Shown here in pieces: positions 13,701 through 26,210 of a stretch of 36,638 bases of DNA. Both the position numbers and the translations under genes were made by a program. Each line of letters starts with the position of its first letter. Positions within the stretch are counted from its first letter, which is position 1. The DNA is from Octopus bimaculoides. Lineage: Eukaryota. The DNA is taken from positions 2,195,716 through 2,232,353 of the forward strand of contig NC_069006.1 in the NCBI RefSeq assembly GCF_001194135.2. Reading direction: 5' to 3'. The notes beneath the pieces were generated by a model. The model was not told the DNA's origin, made no database searches, and saw nothing but the letters and a program-made list of their open reading frames with translations.

Positions 13701-13914
13701 TAGTAGTAGTAGTTAGATTAGTAGTAGTAGTAGTAGTATCATCACCAGCTATTTTATACTATGTATATTTCCCTTCTTTGTTTTATTGTATACCATGTAA
13801 ACTTTCAAATTTTGTTTTTTATCATTTCGTTATATGTAAACTTCAATACTTTATAATTGTCTTTGTATTGTTCCCCTCATCTTTTGCCCTAGTGGTAAAT
13901 AAAAGAAACCATCA

Positions 13915-13960
<46 letters not shown>

Positions 13961-15185
13961 CATTATTATTATTATCATTATTCTCCTCCTCCTCCATTCC
14001 AACAGGGAAGGCAGACGACGGAACGTGTGAAACACCGGTCACCAGTTACGGAACTCCTATCGCTGACCTCTGACCGCGGCTCGCCGCCACCTGCCCTTAT
14101 CAAGCCATCCTCTAGTCCCGCCCACCTGAGGCCACAGCCACACAACAGCACCGATCACAGCCTGCACGGCCAGCGTAACTCTGTACCTCCTGGGGTGAGC
14201 AACTCCCACTCCTTGTCTGTTAGCGCTATCCAACAATGCTTTGAGAACTGTCAGGTGAAGGGGTCTCCCGTGACTGCTTTAAAAGATCAGATTGACAAAC
14301 ACTTCAATGATTGTTCCCTTGAATCCTTAGATCTGGAATTTGGCCACCCTGACACATATCTATACCCTGCTTCTAAACTAAAGCAGAAAGATGGGGAAAA
14401 GGTACCTCTGCTTTGTTCTTCTATTTTCTTTTCATTTTTTTCCCCTTTTTTTCTTTTTCATTTTTTCTTCTCATTCACTCACTCTTTCTCTCTCTCTTTC
14501 TCTCATTTTCTTTTTTCATTGCATGCCCTTTGTCCTCTGTTCCCTTCTTTACACACCTATAACTATCACTTTTAATCTCTAAACATAGCCTTGACCTCTT
14601 AACATAACCATAACATATAAATTCAGTTTAACATCAAAAGCCAGCTTGTCACTGTAAATTCAAATGCTAAATTTGCCACAATACCTTAACCTTGCCCTAA
14701 TACTCTAAATTCACCTTAGTGCTCTAAACTTGCCATAACAATCCAAACTTCCCCTAACATCAAATTTGCCATAACACTCTAAACTTGCCTTAGCATCTAC
14801 TCACCTGTCTTAACATCTAAACTTGATTTAGTATCAAAACAAGCAATATACTATATTTTCTGGTATACAAGTCAAAGTTTTCAGGCCAAAATTTATGACC
14901 AAAAAAAGGTAGGTTGACTTATTCACCAAGACGACTTTGGAGGACCAAAATTCCTGTGTGAAACACAGCAGGAATTGGAAAGATGATGATGATGATGTTT
15001 GATTGTTTATGCAACATACTGTGGTGACTCGTACGATGGACAAGGTGGTACTCAAATGACTATCTTGTACTTCAACTTTTATATAAGTCTCATGGAATGT
15101 AGAGTACAAGCAGCCATACCACCATGGTCATCTTCTTTTACACACATCAGCCAATACCTTTCAATGCTCATCCACATTTGCCTCA

Positions 15186-15217
<32 letters not shown>

Positions 15218-15886
15218 GCCTTCCATGCTGACAGGGTTTGACAGGTGCTGGCCTGGCAGAAGACTGCACCGGACTTCTGTCTGTTTGGGCATGGATTTTA
15301 TGACCGGATGCCCTCCCTCACACCAACTGCCCTGTAGAGTGGATTGAATGCTTTTTACGTGGCACCAGCTCAGGTGAGGTCAGTTTTGGCATGGTTTTTA
15401 CAGCTGGATGCCTTTCCAAATGCCAACCACTTTACACTGTGGACTGGATGCTTTTTATTTGGCTCCAAGCATTTTTCTCTCTAGTCTTCTACATATCTTC
15501 CACATGAATGCTCCATGTTTCATCTATAACCATGCAGCATCACAAATCTTGCAACATGCTGCTTTTTACTTCATTCATATAGTCTGGCTTTCCAGGCATA
15601 CACTGACATGCATGTTTGAAGGGGATTCGTGGTTTCAACAGTCTACAATGGCTGTCTCCCTTTGAATACCAACCCACTTGTATGAGACCAATTGTTATTC
15701 TGTGATCGAAATACAGTAATACTAACATTTGTAAAATGTTCAGATTTAAATTCAAACTTTAGTTGCAGGCAAAGCTTTGTGATTGGATTTGGTAGATAGA
15801 ACTTCTTCTGTATGTATGTACGTATGTATATATGTATGTACGTATGTATATATGTATGTATGTATGTATGTATATATGTATGTATG

Positions 15887-15921
<35 letters not shown>

Positions 15922-16827
15922 GTGTGCTTGTACCCCTTTACCTCATAACAACCAGTGTTGTTTTGATTACATCTCCATAACTTAGCAGTTTGGCTAAAAG
16001 AGACTGATAGAACAGGTATTACGCTTAAAAATAAATACTGGGGTCAATTTCTTTGACTAAACTCTTCAAGGAGGTGCCCCAGCATGGCCACAGTCTAATG
16101 ACTGAAACAAGTAAATGAATAAAAGAAGGTATGACTCTTTCTGTTTCCTTCCACCAAATCCACTCATAAGGTTTTTAGCTGGTTCTTAGGCTTCTGTGGA
16201 AGATGCTTGCCTAAGGTGCCATGCAGTGGGACAGAACCCAGATGCATGTGGTTGAGAAGCCAACTTCCTACCACACAGCCACACCAGGAGATGAATTAGC
16301 AGAGTAGGTAAAGCAGCAGACAGACAGATTAGTTCATTTGTTGCCATATTTCTGTTTAAAATACGGTTCATGTGTTTCAATTAATTTTGAAAATTACAGA
16401 AAACTTAGTAAAATAACGATCGTTATTCAGCTATAGAAAATGGATTAACAGGGAATTTTAATGGAACATTCTAGGTTATTCTAGGAAGTTAATATCAGAA
16501 AACCAGAGTCTGTCTCAGATAGATTGATAGCAAAAGGGTTTATGTACCAATAAATGTTTGTCTTTTGTTGTGTTTCAGACAAAGATATCTTAAAAGAAAT
16601 AACAAAAGACAAATGAAAAATATATATTCATTTGTCTTTTGCTATTGTTCCGGTTTTTTTGTTTTTTTTGTTTTAAGCACCATCTTAATATATCAATATA
16701 TATCTATATATATAGAAAACTGATATATAATCATTTAAAACTAAGCCACAGCAATTAAAAGCTCAGTAACTTGCATGTCGTTAAACTCCAATATGTTATT
16801 ACAATCCTGCTGGAATAAACTTGTATA

Positions 16828-16892
<65 letters not shown>

Positions 16893-16902
16893 NNNNNNNN
16901 NN

Positions 16903-16965
<63 letters not shown>

Positions 16966-17488
16966 CATATATGTGTGTGTGTGTATACAAAATTAGCTAA
17001 AAGCTATCCATTGAGAGCAACATATTTACAATTAAAAGCAGAAAAATATAAACTTACATACACTTCATAACTGTGCTCTATAGCAATTTCATAGGCATTA
17101 AGCATCATTATATAATTATGTTTGATGCTAGTGAAACAGCTGTTGAGTACAATTAAATTATAGACTATATATGAAATCTTTACCAATATATATATATTAT
17201 ATATTGCCCTAATCAGGTTCTACACAGCATAATTTTTTTTAAAATAGTTATTTTATTAAATCCTAAATTCTTCATTTATCCCCCAAATTAATTAGAATCA
17301 AAAGTTTATTAGAAATGTTGCTGTGCTGAAAGCAAACATTGAAATTAAGGTACTGAGTTCAAACTCAGCCTAAAGAACATGTGCAATTATAACAACAGAC
17401 CACCTGATGACACCAATGGAAATATAAGAGAGCAAAGGGAAAAAAAAAGAAAAAAAGGAAAAGATGAAGTTGACAACATTGACATAGG

Positions 17489-17519
<31 letters not shown>

Positions 17520-20500
17520 CTTCTTCTTCTTCTTCTTCTTCTTCTTCTCCTCCTCCTCCTCCTCCTCCTCCTTCTTCTTCTTCTTTTGCATATCATTCGC
17601 ATATTTCGCTGCATATAATTTTTCTTTTCTTCTTTTGAGTTGTGAATACAGTTTCGTTGTCCAAGAATGAGGCTTTTTGTTTTTTTGCTTTTTTTTTTGT
17701 TTTTATTCATTTGTTACATCAATTAATTTACCATAATTGCAATTGTTTTGCTTGTATGTTTTGCCTATTGTTTTTTGTTGTTTTTTTCTTTTACCATTTA
17801 TTTGTTTATTTATTCTTTTACATATTTCGCTCTTTATTTATTCTCCCTAGAATACATCTTCCTCCTTCTCTTCCCACCATGCCCACCTCTTCGCTGTTTC
17901 ATTTAGATATTTTCCGTTCATCATTCAAAATTTGTTTACCTGCTCAACCCACCTTAGTCTTCTCACTTTTTTTTTTTTGGTTTTTCTTATGTTTGTGAGG
18001 GTGGTTTTTGCTTTTTGGGGTTTCCTTCTCCCACAGCATCTGCTTTGTATCCCCATTCCCCCCACCACCTAACCCTTTGTCCATATCTGCACATGTACAG
18101 ACGGGCACGCTCGCACGCGTATGCACACATAGGCGTGCACACACACACACACACACACAACACAAGCATGCATGTAAACACACGCATACGCACACAACAC
18201 AAACATGCACACACACACATACACTGACACGCACACACATACACACACAACACAGGCATGCACACACACACACACACACTCTTAAAATCATTAATATGCA
18301 CATACTTAAAAGTATTAACACACATGCACACATACACACGTTGTAAAGCCTTATGAATAACTTATCTTATAGACTATCACTGTTTTTTTTTTTGTTCATA
18401 GTCTCAGCGTTCAGGCCCCATTTATCTTTACATGATATTAAAAAAAGGGAGATGTGTTGTTAAAATATTATTTCTCCATCAGACTTCTGCTTCTTTCAAA
18501 GCAAATAAACTCATCCTCATAAATGTGATATTAAAGTTGTTGGGGGCGGAGCAGGGAATTAAAAAAACCCCAAGAAAATCCTTACAGAAATATTGTAAAT
18601 GTTTTTGAAGGTGAAGAGGAAGAAAGTAATTCTTCCTAATTTTGGCCCAAACCCAGCAATTTTGAGGAGAATTGAGTGGGACAAGGTCGATTGCACTGTT
18701 CCCAGTAGATGACTGGTACTTCATTTTATTATCTCTGAATGGATGAAAAGCTAAGTTGACCCCAACGGTTTTTGAACTTAGAACATAATAAACCTTTCTA
18801 CAGTAGGAACAAGGCTTGAAATTGGGTGGGGGGGGGAGCTAGTGGATTACACCAACCCCAGTATTCAACTGGTACTTATTTTTACTGAACCTGAAAGGAT
18901 AAAAGGCAAAGTTAACCTTAGTAGAATTTGAACTTAGAATGTAAAGACATGAAATGTCACTAAGCATTTTGTCTGTCATGCTAACAATTCTGCCAGCTTG
19001 CTTCCTTAAATTCAGAACATAATAATCCTTTCTATTGAAGCCACAAGGCCCCAAAAGGATGAAAGACAAAGTTGACCTCAGCAGAATTTGAACTCAGAAC
19101 GTCACGGCAGACGAAATACCGCTAAGCATTTCGCCCGGCGTGCTAACGGTTCTGCCAGCTCACCGCTTTACATTCAGAACATAATAATAGAATGCGATTA
19201 AGGGTGTAACTTATCTTATGGACTAACATTGGTTTTATTTCATAGTCTCAGGCCCCGTTTATCTTTACATGATATTAAAAAAAGGGAGACGTGTTGTTAA
19301 CATATTATTTCTTTAACAAACTTCTGCTTCTTTCAATGCTTGTTAGTTTCACAGAAATCCTGCTATGAGGCAGGAGCCACTTGTATAATTTTAAACACTC
19401 AAATGTCACATAGGCATGAGAGAAAGACTGAATTGTAAAGACTGGCCCTTTGTTTTGAGGTCCAGGAAAATACTTCAGGAAAATACTTCAGCTCCCAACA
19501 ATTGATAACACTTTACAAAGCTCTGCTGAGCCTAACAAGGGATCGTGTTTCCCACATCAAGGACAGTGCTGCTGCACAACAGAGACATCCTAAACTATAG
19601 CCAGAATAAACCAACTTCACTGATTGTTACAGACAAGCTCAAGCCTCAAGCACATTCCCAGGTTGCTCACTAACTGCAAGGTCCAATTCTTTCACCAAAA
19701 TGCCAGCCCCCCCCCCCAACTTCCGCAGGTGTTGACCTGCACCAGTTGATGCAAAGCATTAATGGCATCAATCTCAATTTTTTTTAGAGGATCTGTGAAT
19801 GCCACAGTCACTGCTCCTTCTAGAATTAGCTAGTAAAAAAAATGAAGAACGAGGGAAATTTAAACAAACCCTATATAATCATATGACCCCTTTAAACACA
19901 TAAGATATAAAGGACATCACAAAACACACTCACTCCATCTAGGGATTTAAAAAGTAAAACTTTGGACTGCAGTGTTTTATGATAAATCATGGAATGTCAA
20001 ATCCTACAGGTCTGAAAGTAAAAGTTGTGATTTGTGCACAGCAGAGAAGAGTCCTTAAAACCCTAACAAGGTTTCTGTGCAAATGCCAGATCAGAGATAA
20101 TAAGAAAATGCAAACTGTTTGAAAAATACTTGTTATGCAATTAAAAGACCTTCAGTCAACTACAATCACATTTCATAAGACAACGTTTCTCACCTGCGTG
20201 TCTCATTACAATTTCTGGAAAAGATGCTGTGATTGGTTATTTCCTTTTTTGGTCTTTCCTCTTCTAGTTGCCTCCTTCTATCACTCACCTTCATTTTTAT
20301 TTCTACTTTTCTTGCCTACACTCATTTTCTCCTTTCCCACCATTAGCGGTCAGTCTCCTTTTATTACATTTAATTTTAGTTTCCCACCTAAATTACAACA
20401 ATCTTTGTATAACTTACACCCACCAACGATTTAATATCACAATTAAAGGGGAAATAACTCACATCGCTTGTGGATGAGTTATTTACCTTGATCTAAGTGA

Positions 20501-20616
20501 AAGCTTGAAAAGATTTTTTTAAAACCATTTCTCACATTTTTGATATGGAAATAAACAGGACATGAAGACTGAACTGTAGAAACAGCACATGTGATAAGTT
20601 CGCTTATAAATGCACT

Positions 20617-20656
<40 letters not shown>

Positions 20657-21736
20657 TACAGGGTCTTGCAGATAAATTGAGACAATTTTTACGATACATA
20701 AAACTGGTTATAAATACTAAAATAGGGTTAGTAGACTGATATAATTTTAACGTAACATTTATTACAACAAAAACATTTATCACTCAATATGGTTGCCCTT
20801 TTGGACAATTACTGCCTCCACACGAGAATGATATCTTTATGCAGCTGCCATAACCTCCACCTTTTTGATTTTGCATGTTGCACGCATGATGCAGGTCTTC
20901 AAACTGTTGACACTCGAGTGTGGTGAAGCATTGGTCCTTGCTTGAAGTACGCCTCATAAAAAGTAATTGAGAAGGTTGAGATCTGGGCTATTGCTCGGCC
21001 TAATGTTAGCCCTCACAAAATATGGCACTGTGGCAGGGTGCAGCAATATTTGATAAGTACACGTCGAGCCCAAACTTCTGGTCTCTCCAAGGTAACAGAG
21101 AGTTCTTCAGCATGTCCAGATACTCCTTTGTGCCGATCTTCAAGCCAGACTCAATGAAGTGTGCCCAGCGCATGCCAAAACAACAATGGCAGAACGATTC
21201 TGTTGTTTCATGATTTTCTGTTGTTGAATCAGTTTGCTATTTATCTGAAAAATAAAGAGGAAGAGGATTAGATTTTCAAGCAAGGTTTTGTCAGAAAACG
21301 AAATGTGAAAACCACTGCTTAAAATTGGTCTCAATTTATCTGCAAGACTCCATATTGTCATGCACACATATACACTCATGTATGCTTGTGTGTATACACA
21401 CATTTACACACTTCTATTTTGTTTACTCACCTATAAGTTGCACTGGTTCATTCTCAGTTTCAACGTTAAAGAACTGAGGTGCAACTTAGCAAAGTTAAAA
21501 GTATAACAGAGCGATATTTTGTACTGAGGTTTAACACTAAATAAGAGATGTGACTGGTTTGTGTATTAAATTTTGTCTATTTATCCTTAGTGATTGAAAT
21601 CTCGATGGCCATTTGCTGCTTAAGAGAGCGGTTTCTTTATCAAATTGATGTAATGGCTTCATTGATTAATTAAATGAAACTACTTGAAGCAGCTGCAACG
21701 TATTGACACCTGTACATCCTTGTTACTTATTTACAT

Positions 21737-21779
<43 letters not shown>

Positions 21780-23529
21780 TCTTTTGTTCCATTGTTTATT
21801 CTTTTACTCTTTTACTTGTTTCAGTCTTTTGACTGTGGCCATGCTGGAGCACCACCTTTAGTCGAGCAAATCGACCCCAGGACTTATTCTGTGGAAGCCT
21901 AGTACTTATTCTATCGGTCTCTTTTGCCGAACCACTAAGTTACGGGGACGTAAACACACCAGCATCAGTTGTCAAGCGATGTTGGGCGGACAAACACAGA
22001 TACACATACTTATATATATATACATATATACGACGGGCTTCTTTCAGTTTCCACCTACCAAATCCACTCACAAGGCTTTGGTCGGCCCGAGGCTATAGTA
22101 GAAGACATTTGCCCAAGATGCCATGCAGTGGGACTGAACTCGGAACNNNNNNNNNNNNNNNNNNNNNNNNNNNNNNNNNNNNNNNNNNNNNNNNNNNNNN
22201 NNNNNNNNNNNNNNNNNNNNNNNNNNNNNNNNNNNNNNNNNNNNNNNNNNNNNNNNNNNNNNNNNNNNNNNNNNNNNNNNNNNNNNNNNNNNNNNNNNNN
22301 NNNNNNNNNNNNNNNNNNNNNNNNNNNNNNNNNNNNNNNNNNNNNNNNNNNNNNNNNNNNNNNNNNNNNNNNNNNNNNNNNNNNNNNNNNNNNNNNNNNN
22401 NNNNNNNNNNNNNNNNNNNNNNNNNNNNNNNNNNNNNNNNNNNNNNNNNNNNNNNNNNNNNNNNNNNNNNNNNNNNNNAATTTACAATGTAAAGCTATCC
22501 TCAGCCGCAAAATTATTTCTCGAGGTGGTATAATTTCCTGGGGAGAGAAATAATTTTGCGGCTGAGGATAGCTTTACATTGTAAATTATACACATATTAT
22601 ATTATACACCTATTATATTATACACATATAAAGCTTGAAACACGTGTACCGCGGAATCCTTTGTAGTTTTATTGTTATTTTTGGGATTTACAATTTATTC
22701 TTTCACCGCAACCACTAGCTGGAACACACAGGTGCTTACAATTGTCAAGTATTACCTCTAAATTTCAATTTACCTATATATATATATTGTATAGCATTCA
22801 TATTTGTTTATTTCCTATTTGCACACGTTATATACTATATAGCATTTAGTTGGGTATATTTACTATATAAATACTTTGTATGTATTACATAACATTCAGG
22901 TTTGTACATAGTAAATATATACACCTGATATTTATTACATTACATTCGTCTTTAGATATTCACTATATACACCCATAGCATGTTACCACCTACTAAATCC
23001 ACTTCGAATTCATTAGTTGGCCTGGGGAATAGAATAGAAGACACTTGCCCAAACTGCCACATAGTGGGAGGTTAGGGTTGCTAGCAGGAAGGGCAGCCAA
23101 CTGTAAAATCCTGCTTCCAATAAACCTGTGTCCAAATTTTGTGCTTGCCGGGGAAAAAAGATGTTAAACGAATGAGTGAATGTTACATATCCTTTTACTA
23201 GTTTTCATCTCTGTACTCCTGCCTTGCTGGATCCCCCACCTTCAAGATTGTTTTTTTCAGTCAATTATATCAACAGCAGTACTTAGGGACTTAATTTATT
23301 GAACTTCGTTTATCAAATAGCCGAGTACACGTTTGACATAAAGGGTCGTAACTCCTTCTGTGTGTGTGTATGTTGTGACTACCATCATGAAATATCCACT
23401 TATCCATGCTTGCATGGGTCAGGTGGACCTTGTGGCAGATCTTCTCTGGCCAGATGCCTTTCCTGCCTCCGACTCTCATCTGTTTCCAACTTATGTAATA
23501 TTTCCTCATAGCCATGAGACACAGGCATG

Positions 23530-23576
<47 letters not shown>

Positions 23577-23726
23577 CACAGGCATGGTTGTGTGCTAAGA
23601 AGCTTGCTTCCCAACCACATGGTTCCGGGTTCAGCTCCACTGCATGGCACCTGGGTACGTGTCTTCTACTATAGCCTCGGGGTGATCAAAGCCTTATGAG
23701 TGGGCAGAAACTGAAAGAAGCCCATC

Positions 23727-23770
<44 letters not shown>

Positions 23771-24326
23771 GTATATATTTGTGTTTGTGTGTGTCTGTGC
23801 TTGTCACCCCATCGTCGCTTGACAGCCGATGTTGGTGTGTTTGCATCCCCATGACTTAGCGGTTCAGCAAGAGAGACTGATAGAAATAAGTACTAGGCTT
23901 ACAAAGAATAAGTCCTGAGGTCAGTTTGTTTGACTAAAAGGCAGTGCTCCAGCATGGTCGCAGTCAAATGACTGGAACAAGGAAATGAGTAAATGTGATA
24001 TATAATCACAATCAGGTATTTCTAAAGCACACATAGATGTTAGCATATATCTCAGCTACACACATAGCCATGCATGCTCCTATCCCTCAAAATATACACA
24101 CGTATACTCCCATACACACACACACACACACACACACTCACTCACTCACTCACAGACACTTATACATACACAAACATATTTAATGAATTATTTAAGGGGG
24201 GAAGGGCATTTTGGGGCATCCAACAACCACAGCCATTTTCATATTTGGTGAACTTCATTCCTACAGCTAAACCCAGGAGCAAATATGAAATATCTCAGGA
24301 CTGTTCCAATGTTCTAGTTTCCATGG

Positions 24327-24368
<42 letters not shown>

Positions 24369-24544
24369 TTTTCATGACATCACCCAAATTCTGTGACATT
24401 TAAATGTCTGACTGTTTTCAGATGAATTATTGATTTAGGAATGATTGACACAGCTTCGCAATTTTTTTGATCTCCTTAATTAAATGCCTAAATGTCTATA
24501 ATGAGATTTATAATCTCTCCAGTTTGTAAACTAATCTTTACAGC

Positions 24545-24577
<33 letters not shown>

Positions 24578-24682
24578 TACATTTATATATATATATATAC
24601 ATACATACATTTATACATATGTATAATATATATATGTATATATATATACATACATTTATACATATATATATATATATGTATA

Positions 24683-24779
<97 letters not shown>

Positions 24780-25148
24780 TGCATACATTTATACATATAT
24801 ATATATGTATAATATATATATTTTTTATTCGCCCTTTTAAAGCCTAGCCAAGCTCATGGGTCCAGTTTCCCGGTTTCTATGGCTTATGTGTTCCTCCCTA
24901 GCTGGACGGGACGCCAATCCATCGCAGCGTTACTCAGGAAACAGGAAGAAAGAGTGAGAGAAAGTTGGGGCGAAAGAGTACAACAGGGGTCGCCACCCTC
25001 ACCCCCCTGCTGGAGAGTTGTGGAGCTTTAGGTGTTTTTGCTCAATAAATACACACAACGCTCGGTCTGGGAATCAAAACCGCGATCCTCCAACCGCTCT
25101 CCTCCAGCCGCGCTTCTCCAACCACGAGCCTCCACATATAATACATAC

Positions 25149-25193
<45 letters not shown>

Positions 25194-25518
25194 TTTATAT
25201 ATGTATATAAATACATTTATATATGTACATAAATACATTTATATATGTATATAAATGCATTTATATATGTATATAAATACATTTATATATGTATATATAT
25301 ATACATTTATATATGTATATATATATACATTTATATATGTATATATATATACATTTATATATGTATATATATACATTTATATATGTATATATATATATAC
25401 ATTTATATATGTATATATATACATACATTTATATATGTATATATATACATACATTTATATATGTATATATATGTACATACATTTATATATATATATGTGT
25501 GTATGTGTACATACATAC

Positions 25519-25555
<37 letters not shown>

Positions 25556-26173
25556 CACACACACTCACATATATATATATATACACATACATACATATAT
25601 ATGTATGTATGCATACATATGTATATATACATAGACACACATACTCGTATATATAAGTGACAAGTTGGAAATAATGGTCATTACATATAATTTCTTTATT
25701 AGAGCAAAATGTGCCAAAATTGCTCTAATAAAGGAATAATGTGTAATAACCATTGTTTTAAACTTGTTTCTTGTATATCACCCTGTAAAAACCGTTTTGT
25801 CTGGAGCCCATCCACAGACTTAATATATAGAATCGTGATGAAGCATAACTTTGGAACCTACCAAAAGATTACCTGGAGTTCTTCACTAATTGTAAGGTGG
25901 CGAGCTGGCAGAAAGGTTAGAACACCGGGCGAAATGCTTAGCGGTATTTCATCTGTCTTTACGTTCTGAATTCAAATTCCGCCGAGGTCGACTTTGCCTT
26001 TCATCCTTTCGGGGTTGATAAATTAAGTACCAGTTGCGTACTGGGGTCGATCTAATCCTCCTCCAAAATTTCGAACCTTGTGCCTAGAGTAGAAAAGAAT
26101 ATTGTTAGCCTGGTGTGAAAACAGAGAGTTTATGAAGTATTTCGCCCAGATTGACAATCTCTCACTATTGGTT

Positions 26174-26210
<37 letters not shown>

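Noticed and set aside
13778-14575. 265-aa ORF with poly-Tyr and Phe-rich ends
   Set aside because: Only 14006-14401 is exon-like; the ends are (TAT)n and T-rich intron.
21433-21490. Nested short stems (taagttgcac/gtgcaactta, ctcagtt/aactgag)
   Set aside because: Too short to distinguish from chance in this AT-rich context without conservation data.
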